This document shows positions 38,285-50,226 of a DNA stretch of 56,880 bases, piece after piece. The translations under genes were made by a program, and so were the position numbers. The notes beneath the pieces are model-generated. The model worked only from the letters and a program-made list of their open reading frames with translations. It made no database searches and was not told the DNA's origin. Numbering within the stretch: position 1 is the stretch's first letter; the number at the start of each line of letters is the position of its first letter. Source of the stretch: Vezdaea acicularis. Taxonomy: Eukaryota. Location: contig JAPEUI010000049.1 in NCBI GenBank assembly GCA_026025075.1, positions 62,001 through 118,880 of the forward strand, in the 5' to 3' direction.

Positions 38285-39400
38285 ATGGCTCTTCTCGACT
38301 TACGGCTGTTGTGTTTAGTCATTGCGATCACTGCTGCGAGTCGTGCTAGTCCTATGGAACCGCGGGCAGTGCGCGGAAAACCATACGTATGTATCTTTCC
38401 CAATAAATCAGAGTCAGAAATACTTACATGAAGCTATCAGTCTCTTATTTGCCAAGGGCCAGTTCCTTCAACGAGCTATCCGGCCAATTTTCAGAGGAGT
38501 AGCTTCACAAACCTTGTGGATTTTTGCTCGATGGGATGCAATTGCAGTAGCGCGGAGTCCATCAACGATGGCAAACCAGCATGTAGCGATCATGCCAACA
38601 AGGCCCCTATCAACGGCTTTGTAGATAGCGGAGCAGGGCAAGTTTGCATAGGGAGTTGTCATTGTACGGGAGCCAACGGAAAGGTCGCGAGCCCAGGATC
38701 AGCGTCAGATGGTCCGGCGGCCTTAAGTACGACTGCAGTAAAGGCGGCACAATCCTCGTCGTCCAGTATTCTCTCGATAAACCCAAGCGACTATCAAATT
38801 GATCCTGGCACTGGGGGAGCAACAATATTGCCCGGCTATACAGCGACCACGACAAGTTTGCCCAGCATTGCCATTGCAACAGCTCACCCAGGTAACAACA
38901 CAGTCTGTCCGAAAGGACCTCTGGTTGATCCAAACATAACGAACGGTACAATAAACCTCTACTGTACACCGTCAAATGCAACCATCTGGGTCAAAGCGAC
39001 GTCCAACTTTAATACTTTTTCAGCCTCACTATGTGAGCAATGGTATGTTGACAAGAGAATGAAGTTTCAAACGCACTTACTAACCTTTTTCAGCCCTAAC
39101 GGATATGGACCAGATCCAGCCTGTCTAAAACAGCCAACCCCACTTCCAGGCCCCTGCTGTCGCAAAAACGGCTTCTGTTGGTATGCTGGTACGAACCAGA
39201 GGTATGGAACTGGCGGTGGAGATCCGGCAACCGCGAACGTGACCGCGAACAACAACCGACAGCATAGCAACATTACTATAACGGAAACAGGCTTGTCTCC
39301 CTGCAGCCCGGGCTCGTTTACTGGGGACACGGCGTTAGTCGACAACATGGACGACTACTACTGCGCTCTTGCCGTAGCAGAGGGCGTGGCGATTTCCTAA
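38285..39400 (+). CDS. Secreted cysteine-rich protein of unknown function
   Basis: Signal peptide MALLDLRLLCLVIAITAASRA-SP. Introns 38387-38440 and 39043-39093 give ~336 aa with ~18 Cys in the mature part and Ser/Thr linkers. Confidence 0.75.
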
Positions 39401-39488
39401 ATACTTGATAAAGAGGGGTTTTACATTGCACATAGCCATTTTGACAAACAATATAATTCTGCGCGCTCTTTTACAGAGGCGATGATGC

Positions 39489-41598
39489 TCAGCACCTGAG
39501 ATGAATGCCCTGCCTCATTTCCTGTTCTCGTACTTCAAACATGATCTGGACGCCGACAAAGAGACATGCGCATGCCGCAACGAGGAAAACAACTCCTTAA
39601 ATCTGTATGTTAGCGAGTTTAGTCTGAGATATTCATGGGAATACCCACCAGAATATGATCCAACAATGCCATGCACCAGCCCCTGAAGACCGTCTAACCC
39701 TACCGCGAACCCAACTAGATTTGCTGCCATCATCATCAGGACATTCCCAATCGCGCCTATCCCGCAAATGACTCTGTACGCCTCCTTATTGTTCTCCCAC
39801 TTCTTCCGTGGGAATAAGACCGTCGCGATGATTTCAGGTAACACGAAGAGCGTGATCAGCCATCCCCACATGAGCAGCTTGAGGTTGATATCATGCCACA
39901 GCGCAACAAACGTGAAGACCGCCAAAAAATTGCCCACAACTCGCACCTTCCCCCAAAGGCCATGACTGCCTGGAGCGCCGCTGCCTCCGAGGGGAATGTA
40001 GATGTAGCGCACCGTCCACTTATTGAAGCTACGATGCCAGCCGCGCCAGAAAGCGATCGCGGAGTAATTGTCCGACATGCACCGGACCATGTTCTCCGGG
40101 GGGTCAATCCCGTCGATCAATGCCCATAGCCTGAAGAAGCGCCACGGGAGCAGGAGCTTAAGCCAGATGATGTGGAGGTTAAAGTACCCGAGCATGCTGA
40201 GCTGGAAAGGGGTGTATATCTCCCATGCAGGATGCGCCTTCGAGATTGCAACAGCGTAGATGAAGTGTAGCATGAACTCCATGCAGAGGAGCGTGAGGAG
40301 GAAACGGATGCCGTATAGGGCGGTACGGCGGCTGTCGAGGCTTGAGGCGGGATAGCGGAGCTGGGACATGTAGTCATTAAAGGTGAGGATGGGACCGGCT
40401 ATGTATAGGGGGGAGTATAGAGCATATGCGACGTAATTCCTGAAGGAATAGTCGTGCGGGCTTGCTGGAGTCGAGATTCGGTCCCGCTCGGAGAGATTGG
40501 CTACGTCTAGTTGCTTCTTCTTGTGCGCATTAGTATTGGGCGTCATATGACGTGGCTCATAGCGCGTACCTCAATGGGGCTTCCTCCTGATCTGCTCAGG
40601 CTCCAGTAGTAATCCAGGTTGAAGCTTATCATTTTCAATACGGTGATGTTGAACATGATCTCCCATCTCGGTACGAGACCACCGTAATCATCTATCATTG
40701 CTCCCCAATTTTTCGCTGTCTTGAGCCCCTTCCCATCTACGGTCGTCACGGACCAAGGATATACCGCGTCAGCGATTGCTGCAAACTTATAACCGCCGGA
40801 GAGCTCGTTTGCGAACAGAATGCCAATGTTGAAAACCCATGTTGCCGCAGGGATGTAGCTTTGGGGCATACGCGTCGCGATGGAGTAATTGACGTACAAG
40901 ATCAAGAATATCTTTAGGACGGATACTCCATGAAGGCCTGTTAAAAGTACAATAGCAAAGCCGATATCAAATACGACTCGGTTGCCGAGCCTGGGCTCAG
41001 CGTCGGCCGCAGAAACAGGCCCAGATACGCTCTCATTCGGTTTTGCACTAATCGCAGCGTATCGCCCACTGCTCCCTCCATTCGATGGTCGGAAGCGCTC
41101 AAAGACCTTTCGTAGAAGTGGGTGCGTGCCAAGTAGGAAAAACATGAACAGTAGGTTTTCCCTGAAACCAGCGTATTGCGCGTCGGAGTTGTCAACTTTC
41201 CGGCCCAGGATCCAGCCCGTCTCGAGTAACGACTCATAGGTTGAATAATTGGGATGAGATGCTGCATAATAGCAATTAGCCCGCGTTTCCAGTCCCTGGA
41301 TTATAAGACCCCTAATCACATACTAACCTCTTGATACTTCAAACGCCGCATTGAACATTAGAGGAAGTACTACTATGATAACAACATAATACAGGAAGAA
41401 CTCCGGGGTCTTCCACCGGGAAGGAGATGGCTCTGTAGTCCCTTGTCTTGCTTCTGCCCCGGCTTTGTTGGTCTTGTCTTGCGCTGGGTCAACACGTGCT
41501 TCACTGCCCCGTTTGAGGGGCGTCCGGGTAGTTGTGGTGAATCGGGTATCGAGAGTGTCCAGGGAGTACATCCGCCGGATCAATTCGAACGTTGTCAT
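39489..41598 (-). CDS. GUP1: MBOAT-family O-acyltransferase Gup1
   Basis: [59 protein letters not shown] (catalytic His), ending [13 protein letters not shown]. Three introns. Confidence 0.93.
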
Positions 41599-41966
41599 CG
41601 TGGAATCATGAGTGAAGCTAGCAGAACTCTCCAGACAGTAAAGCAGAAAAAAGAGCGTAGATTTGGTGGGTTTGTGAGCTTGAGAGTTATGATAGGGGTT
41701 TACCAACCGCGCTTAAAGATGCTCAAGATCCACGGGGAGCGATATGGCCTTTCATGCATTTCGTGGACTACCGTAATTCGTGAATGCCAACTGTGCAAGT
41801 TGCGCGTTCGTCCTGGATTTCGCGATTCGGATTCCAATTCATGGGACGAATTTGAGGGTACGCAACAATAAAAAAAGTTCCCTTTGCGCCTAACCACATC
41901 ACACCTCAACCACACCAGACAAGACTCTCATCTGCAAGTTCATAACCTGACAGAACTCAAAGCTCA

Positions 41967-43488
41967 ATGGCGCAAGTACAGAGCTCATCTACAGCCCCCA
42001 TACCTACAGAATATGGAGGGGGTACAACGGCCCCTCGCCCCAAAATTTCACAGAGCTGACATCAAAGTAGATGAGGTATCCGCCCTGGTTCTTGACCCAG
42101 GCTATGCTACGACCCGTGCTGGTTTTGCCGGTGAAGACGTCCCCAAATCCGTCATTCCGTCCTACTACGCCCTCGCCGACAAATCGACAAACCCGCTCTT
42201 CGGCGACAATGCAATCCACACACCGCAAGGGGGGCTCTCGATACACAACCCGATGTCCAAAGACGGCACCGTTGAAGACTGGGAAACGGCGTCTAAGCTC
42301 TGGGAGTATGCCATCACGTCTCGGCTCACGAATGCAAAGCCAAGCAATCCAGCCACGAACGGGCTGAACGACCCAGAGAATGGAGACGAGATGGAGGTGG
42401 AGATGGAGGCGTTGGATGAGAACGAGAAAAGCTTAGAGGAGCACCCACTGCTGTTAACGGAGACGGGTTGGAACTCTGCACGAGCAAGGGAGAAAAGCAT
42501 ACAAATCGCCATGGAAGACTGGGGCTGCCCTGCATTCTGGATGGCACGGAGCGGAGTGCTGGCCGCCTTCGCACAAGGGAAAGCGAGTGCGTTGGTGATA
42601 GATGTAGGGGCGAGTAACATCGCCATCACGCCTATACACGACGGGCTGCTCTTACGGAAAGGTCCAATCCCCCCTCCCCTAAGCCACAGCTAAGCACCCC
42701 ACTAACAAAAGCCCACAGGCGTCGTCCGCTCCCCTCTCGCAGGTAACTGGCTATCGCAACAAGTACGACTGATGTTCGCGTCCTCGCAGCCCCCCGTGCC
42801 CCTCACACCGCACTACCTCATAACCTCCAAATCGCCCGTCGACGCCGGCGCGCCCGCCTCCGCCACTTACCGCACCTTCGCCCAGCCACCCACCGCCTCC
42901 TTCCGCGCCCTCCAAGAAGAACGCGTGCTCACCGAGTTCAAAGAATCCGTCGTGCAGATCTGGAGCGGCCCGCACCGCCTCAGCTCCCAGAGCCCCCAGG
43001 CCGGCATCTCCAACGAGGAGCTCCTCCGCTCGCAGCCCGGCAAACCCTTCGAGATGCCCGACGGCTGGAACCAGGTCTTCGGCGTCGAGCGCTACAAAGT
43101 GGTGGAAGGCATGTTCGACGCCAAAGCCGCCTACAGCGACAGCGAGAACCCTGCGCCGACGGCCGCGCAGACGTTGCCGGCCCTGCTGCGCGAGTCGCTC
43201 AACGCCGTCGATGTCGACGCCCGTGGTCACATGCTAGGTAACGTCGTGGTCACGGGCGCGGCTAGCCAGCTGGTGGGCTTCCTGGACAGGCTGAATGCGG
43301 AGCTGAGCGCGATGTTCCCGGGCATGCGCGTGAAGGTTGTGGCGCCGGGTATGAGCATCGAGAGGAGGTTTGGGAGCTGGATCGGGGGGAGTATACTCGG
43401 CAGTCTGGGGACGTTCCATCAGATGTGGATTAGCAAGAAGGAGTATGAGGACCATGGGGCGGGCATCGTGGAGAAGAGGTGTAAGTGA
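41967..43488 (+). CDS. ARP4: Actin-related protein 4 (NuA4/INO80/SWR1 subunit)
   Basis: [31 protein letters not shown]...[37 protein letters not shown]. Two introns. Confidence 0.93.
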
Positions 43489-43753
43489 GGAGAAATGGCG
43501 GGAGATGAGGTATAGATGGGAGTTATGGGAGGGTTTTCTAAAAGCGTAGAATCAATCAATGTGATAAGTCTTAGGTGTTTTGCGCGTGGCCATCCAGTGA
43601 CCGTCTAAACAGAGATAGACTCCAGACCATGTAAATGCAACGAAGTCGCCCCGCAATAATGCTCTCATCGACAAACACAGCGTCGCACAAGTCCAAGTTC
43701 CGCTCAAAGCGCCCGCATCAACGCCAGAAAATAGCACCGAATACTCACGATAT

Positions 43754-45552
43754 CTAAAGCGGGGGGAGCGGCTCTTTCTCCTGCGCCACAATTGCAGCTC
43801 TTGCGAGATCAGGCTCACTTTTGTTTTTCCCACCTCTACTCCAGCTCTTCCAGAACCTCAGACTCCCCCTCTTGTTCAGAGCACCCTTCTCCTTTTTGTC
43901 CCTGTCCCCTCTTAGCGAGACTGCACCACCACTTGTCTTCCTTGAGTGCCCTCTTGAGCTCACCACGCTCGATACCATTGGCGTGGCCAGCTCATTTCCC
44001 GGTGTAGCAAGACTCGTCGCTTCCGCTGAGCTCCCACTTGCGTAGGCCGAGTCCAAGCCTACCTGCCGGAGCGGACTTCCCACCTGGGGAGACCTGCTCG
44101 CGGCAGCCTTCTTGTTAGGGGACTGGGCCCCACTCTTCTTCTTTCCGGCAGGTTTGAGAAGCCCGGGCAGTTGGCCGCTAAGAATACCCTTTTTTTCGCT
44201 CTTGGGCCCTTCTTTCTTTGCGTCGAGGTAATCTGACCCTTCACGAGGCTGCTGGGAGATTCCGGGACTTATCTTTGGACTCGCTGAGTTGGTGTCAGAA
44301 AGGGCGTCAGGTGATGTGGCCAAGAATCTTGTCTCGCGTTTTGGAGGCCGTGTCTTCTGCTCTGCGATATTGGATGTGTGCGGTCGTACGTGCTCGACAC
44401 TCGGTATTGGAGGATGCGCCGTTGCAGGGGCGGTAGGAAGCCTTTTCATCTGTGATTTTCGACGCTGAACAGAGGTATTGGGTGTTGCGGCAAGTTTCTG
44501 CTTCCCGTCGCCAGTTTGAGGTCTGGTGGGTGGCAGTATGGAAGGCTACTTTACATGTTAGCGAGAGATTCTTATTCAGAGCTTAGAGTAGGACGATGGG
44601 ATGTGCTCCTGATGCAAGTCTCCCCTAACATCCAAGTGGAGAGTGTAAGGCGGCGTCCACTTACTATAGCTTTCCTACTCGCGACGCCGGCACGCTTCTG
44701 GATCTCTGCTACCACGCTACCAAGCTGTTGCAGAGCAACACCCAGCACGTCACCCTTTGTTTGCAGACCGACGAAGCATCGGAACCATCCCTCGGCATTC
44801 CCCTTCATAGCCAAGTAGACGCTTTCGAGCTCTGGGGACCGGTACTCCCACTCTTTGTCCAAGCGAATTTGATATCGTGCCAGCTCTTTCGTAGCATCTA
44901 GACCTTGCTTGATGTCTCTTAGAGCATCAGTCATCGCAGCCGCAGTTCTGTTAATAATATGTTCGATCTTCTCATTCCCATCCACGATCTCGATACGAAA
45001 CTCGCGAACGGTCAACATCTCGTCGAAGACTTCCGAATGCTCAAGTGGCAGCTTCAAGTATCGCATTCTCTCCTCGATGTCGTTTATAGCCAAATCAAAG
45101 TCTTCTGTAGTTCGTTCCAGGAACCCATCAACCTCATCAACGTGTGTCTGTAATATCTTTATGACTTCCTCGTCCGACTTTGCCATCTGCTTATGTAACA
45201 GATGCACTCCAAAAGCGATCTGCGCTACTAGCTTCCACAGAGGATGGTAACGTTCCCCAGGCTTCTGCCTCCATTTCGCCGCATGAGTCTCCTCGTTTGC
45301 TTCTTGTTCTAATAAAATGCGCCGGCGCGTTGCAGAATCTATCTTCTCGGATTGTACTTTGGACGATTGGCCACTAGCATCGTTTGTCGTTTCGATCATC
45401 GACTCTTCGAAGGCGCCCTGCATGCAAGGCACTGGATGGATCGGCGGTTTGTCGGCCATGGATTCGGAGTCGTCGTCTGCATCACCTTCGGGCTCTCGTA
45501 TACTCATTAGGGTGGGATCGTCCCTGACCATGTCGTGGTGCTTGTTTGCCAT
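43754..45552 (-). CDS. Hypothetical protein (helical/coiled-coil N-terminal domain, disordered Ser/Lys-rich tail)
   Basis: 326-aa ORF (HPLWKLVAQIAFGVHLL...HVDEVDGFLERTTEDFDLA) joined in frame to the 231-aa ORF by a GTAAGT...CTAAC...TAG intron at 44546-44664. Confidence 0.75.
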
Positions 45553-47214
45553 TGTAGATTTTACTAGGAATCGGGTTCTTGAGCAGGCTGCGCATGGGGC
45601 CAGTCCGTGGTTTCACAATGCGATCGCGAATTCGAAGGATGAGACGCCCTGAACGCCGTGATCGCCCCCTGAGAAATTGAAAGCGGTGTAGAAGTACCAA
45701 AATTTGTATCTGGTGCAGGAGCACCACGCTGTTGGGAGACTGGGAGGAGTTTAGAATCCAACAGAGCGGGGGCCGGAGAGCTACAGTATCTCGGTTCTGA
45801 AGGATTGCATGGGAGTTGTCTTGTCACCAATTGGCGTAGTACAGGGGGTTAGACCATGGGACAGATCGAAAAATTGGAATGCAGCGAACCACAAGGTCAA
45901 AGAAGTGAACATGCAAAAGGGACAGGAATTGATGCTCGAATTGCTTCTGGGAAAGGCGATGAGGGAGGTCAGCGAGCTATGGTTGGCTCGCGGCCTTAGT
46001 ATGCTTATGGCATGGCGCGATTCCCGAAATTGCGCTGCAGCTCGTGCTGACCACAGTGCATCTATCGCGTCTAAAGGAACCACCACTCAATGCATTGTTT
46101 GGGACCTGATGCTGACAGGGATCTGCCACGTTCAAGTTGGGGGCTCGTTCTCCAATTTCAATGAGGGGCGACAATAAAAGGAGAAGATGAGGGGTACCCC
46201 TTAGAGCCGCAGGTACGTCGTACATCGCAAGGCAAGCAAGCTCATGGATAGGGCAATGCTAGAACGTATCCTACCAAATCTCTAGACTCTGTTTGATCTA
46301 CTCCACATAGGTGTTATGTGTGGTACCATTGTCAGCTACATCTTGACTCGCAGCGCCCCGAGTCCCAGGTGGAGTTGCATGAATTGGAGCAGCTGTTTCT
46401 CGTGAGAAGTTGTTTGCGCTTGGACAAGACTCGCCGCTCAAAAAACGACTGCAACGACAAAATTTGCCTCGACCGCAAGAATCACGAGGGACTCATGTGA
46501 TTCTAGAATTTATACGTTGCAGGTCGCAAGCCTTACGCATGACACGATCAGCCCTTTGACAATGCGAAGGATGGGACACGTGACGTGTGATTTCTCTCAT
46601 CAAGCTTCCATTAAGGTTCCGGTAACGGGGCTTCATTGGCCAAGTCACGAACCGCTCACTCACAACCACCCAATCCGAACAAAGATCTCAAGCCATTTCT
46701 ATATCGAGCTTCACGTTAGGGTCGGCTTTCGGAGAGGAGCTGACAATCGCCATGGCAAGCAAATGGAGATCACAACGGGGTCGTAGCACTCGGCGAGGAC
46801 TCCTAATTAGCAATGTCACCAGCTCCATCCAGTCGAGTGCTTTTGGAGACCCGCCGGCCCTTGCGTCGGGGTATCGCAGTGCACGGCGTCGTTTCTGCAG
46901 TGGCCTCGGGTCGGCCCTAACCTCAGGCTCCAAACGCAACGCAAAAAGTCCTGCTCATGTGACGTTCGCTTCAAGAGCCAGTCATGGCTGGCTCTGTATC
47001 TTGCTCAAAGCAGTCCATAATCGCATGATATCACTCGGAAGTATGGGTATTACGCGTCTAATTGGCCATATAGGTTAGAGATGTTGAAGGCTACTACATT
47101 ACATCTGATGATGTTAAGTTCCCGTTGTTTCTACCCCGCGTGTGGCCTGTGTCCATCCTGCATCGAGTCTAGTCGGTTGGGTACCGTGCCCCACAGGCCT
47201 AACCTCACAATCGA

Positions 47215-47972
47215 AACGCAAAATCTTCTATATCACGTGTATTTTTCGCATCTCACGTGATGTGATCGTTTCTACGTTCGACTCTGTATGAGTGTCCGCA
47301 GCAATGTCGCAGCGCCCCCGCAAGGGCTAGCAAACATAACGCGAAAACCTTTATCTCACGTGATATGGAAGGAAATGCACGTGAGGTAAAGGATCTTGCA
47401 TCGCGGTAGTCAGCGTCAAGATGAGGGCATTAGAGATCGCAGGAGTCCCGCGGGGGGAGCCGCAGAGGATGCGCAGGCAAGGCAGGGAACCACTTACCCG
47501 CCGATCGTGACGCAGGAAGTCATATCCCACGTGATACTAGAGGGTGGGCACGTGGGGAGACGGGTTTTGCGTTGTGTCGGTGAAGATCAAGATGAGGGCA
47601 TTTTGGGTCGTGTCCCGCGCAAGGGCGACGCAGGTGAGTAACACGACTGGAACGCGAAAAGTCAACTATCACATGATAAGACAGGAGAAGCACGTGAGAA
47701 TGTGGTTTTCATGTTGCGAAATGGGGTCGCAGTGTCCTCGCAGCCCGCCCGCTCGCTCCGTCTGATATTCACGACGCAAAAGGTGATATATCACGTGAGA
47801 TAGAGTGAGAGCACGTGGGCGTGGTTTTTGGCGTTGCGTTGGTGACCGTCGAGATGAGGGCATTTTGGATCGCAGGCGTGCCGTGTTCACCAAGAAGATT
47901 ATTGTGATGCAAAAGGTCACATACCACGTGATAAGATAGGGAAAGCACGTGAAAGTTGCATTTTGCGTTGCG
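47215..47972. repeat. Array of six ~62-bp dyad-symmetric double-CACGTG elements
   Basis: CACGTG pairs start at 47234/47254, 47357/47378, 47528/47549, 47670(CACATG)/47691, 47792/47812 and 47925/47946. Each pair is flanked by ACGCRAAA-like and TTTYGCGT-like inverted ends. Confidence 0.9.
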
Positions 47973-48849
47973 TTCTCAATGAGCTGCCCAACTCTATCAC
48001 ACTCCATTTAACACGTTTTCGGCAATCACGATCGCCCCCACGCCTGCGATTGGCGACTTGGGGGCTAGCGGTATTCCTCCTATCCGACTTTTTTGATCAA
48101 GCCTCCCATGCTGCACGACAGGCTGCTTTTTATCACTTTGCTAGCTTCATCGGAGGCCATGTGGCAAGCTGGGGATCTGGGGGTAGAAGGGTGTCCCTCC
48201 CCCTTTTTTTTGTCTGGCCTTTACTTGTGACCCGCGAGCGTGGGTGCTTGTCCGACGACACTTTGCGAGACAGCCACTTCAGCGATTAAGTGAGAAAATT
48301 TATCTCGAGACGTGCTTTGTGTATTGCTCGTTGAAGTAGATGTTGATCTAATCACAAAGGCAATTTGTGAGGACTTCGATATCACGTGACTTGTTGATTG
48401 GCTTGGAAGAAAATAAGGCTTCGGGGCGGATTGAGCAGCCATAAACCCCTGTGCGGTTTCTCATAATGTGGAGAATATACAACGAGTTTTTCCCGGGATT
48501 TTAAGGTGTACGGTAAGGCCCCTTCGAGTGTTCTCAGTTCTGTCTTTAATTCCGATGCGGTTCAGGGTTATTTTGGAGCCCTGGCGTGCGCTCTCCGCAG
48601 AAAAGGACATCACTCCTTCGGCTCTCTTCAAAACACAGGTCCTCCACAGAGCACAGTATCTCGCCACATTATTATATGTCATATCGTGCACTGTCACTGA
48701 CAGTCCTAGCTTCTATTCACGGAGAGCATAAACTCCTCACCGCCGCTGAGAATCCCAAATATCAAACGGGATGTACCGCCATCAACGGATACCAAGTGCG
48801 ACTGGCCAACCGGGGAATGAGGTGGCACCCGATTGGGCAGATGGGCTGA

Positions 48850-50095
48850 AGATAAGCATTTCGCACCTCTGCACGCTCCTTGTTTCTCAATTCGGTCGGC
48901 CTTAAGCCCACATGGACGTCTCCGGCAAGGCCACTGTCGATCACTACGGGGAAAATCCTCTGGCGCGTCCTGATAGCATTGTCCATTAGCTATCGGACTG
49001 TGACTTTCGATGGTGAACGATCTTGGCGTGGGTGAAGATAAACTTCAAGGACACCTCAAAGTCACGGGAGACCGAAAAATGTTAGCACTGGCGCCTCATT
49101 GTAGAGGAACTGGAATTCATCAGCCCCAGAACCATACTTTGCCTCTCCGGAGAAGCGTGCAAAACAGCCGCGGAGATGGCGTCTTATATCACAATAATAT
49201 CCGCCCCCCACCGTCGCGGGCATGGCAGCAGGGAGGCACTGATAAGGGCGTTGTACACCACACTTGGAGGCAAATGCATCTCCGGATCGTCCGGCCAATC
49301 ACACAGCGCACCCGCACTTGGAAGAACTTTACGATAAGCCACTGCTAAGGAACAGGACGCTCTGTGATGCTGATCTCCGACATCTCCTGTGACGTTCTCG
49401 GAGGGAGAGGGAGTGGCTGCGCGCGCTACGCAGCATTCCAAATCGACGCCAGTCCCGAAAGGACGCGTTGGCTTGGCGCGAGATAAGGTGCGCGCGCGCT
49501 CCCATTGGTCGCATCTACACTTTCTCCTGGTTTCGTGGCTGCTACGGCTTCGCGGCGCTCCCACGTTGTGCACCGCGCCGCAGATCGTGAGCAACCAACT
49601 GTCAGAATCTTATCCATAGCTCCTCGGCTCAATTGACCTGGATATCAGAGTTGAGCTGCCTCCTTGCTGCTAGAGTGCATGCAATTGTTCTTTTCTGTGG
49701 AGAAACGATCATCTCCGCGCACGTCGTATCTCGCCAAGTGCATTAGATCTGATCGAATAGGGTCGAGACCCCGTCCCGAGCAGTCTTGAGCCAAGCGCTT
49801 TCGGGGCTTCGTTGGACAGGACCCAAAACACTCCCATCCATCTGCCGAATGAAGCTGGCCTCCTCCAGGTTTGGCCTCTCTTATCGGCTCAAGGCGAATC
49901 GTCTTGGAATTCCCATACAGCTCATCCTGGTGTCAATCTAGACTTGGGGGAGACAAGGCGTTGTAGTGGCTCCCGTTTGGGTATGATCTCATCCGCGGAC
50001 ATGTCGAACGTGACTTTTGCCTGCCTAGCCTACCCAACCCCGGAGAAGGGAGAATCAGATCGCCAAGTCCCTCTGATATGCTAGTGTTATAAGAG
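48850..50095 (+). promoter_or_regulatory. Nitrate-transporter promoter with NirA/NIT4-type and AreA/NIT2 GATA sites
   Basis: CCGCGGAG (reverse complement of NirA consensus CTCCGHGG) at 49168-49175 and TCCGCGGA at 49992-49999. Multiple GATAA/TTATC sites (~48850, 49037, 49241, 49333, 49482, 49611, 49881) and TATAAG at ~50088. Confidence 0.6.
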
Positions 50096-50226
50096 CAGTC
50101 CCTTGTCCTTAAACAACAACAACTTCAATCCTCTTCGTACCTCCACCTCCCAACCGCTTTGTTCTAGTCGTAGCACGCGAAGCTTCCTTCCTCCAGGCAA
50201 GGTCACTTCAGAGGCATACCGCAAAG

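Noticed and set aside
47215..47972. CRISPR array or simple satellite interpretation of the repeat
   Set aside because: The context is eukaryotic, no cas genes are present, the repeats are too degenerate, and the linkers are partly homologous to each other. The period is also too irregular for a plain satellite.
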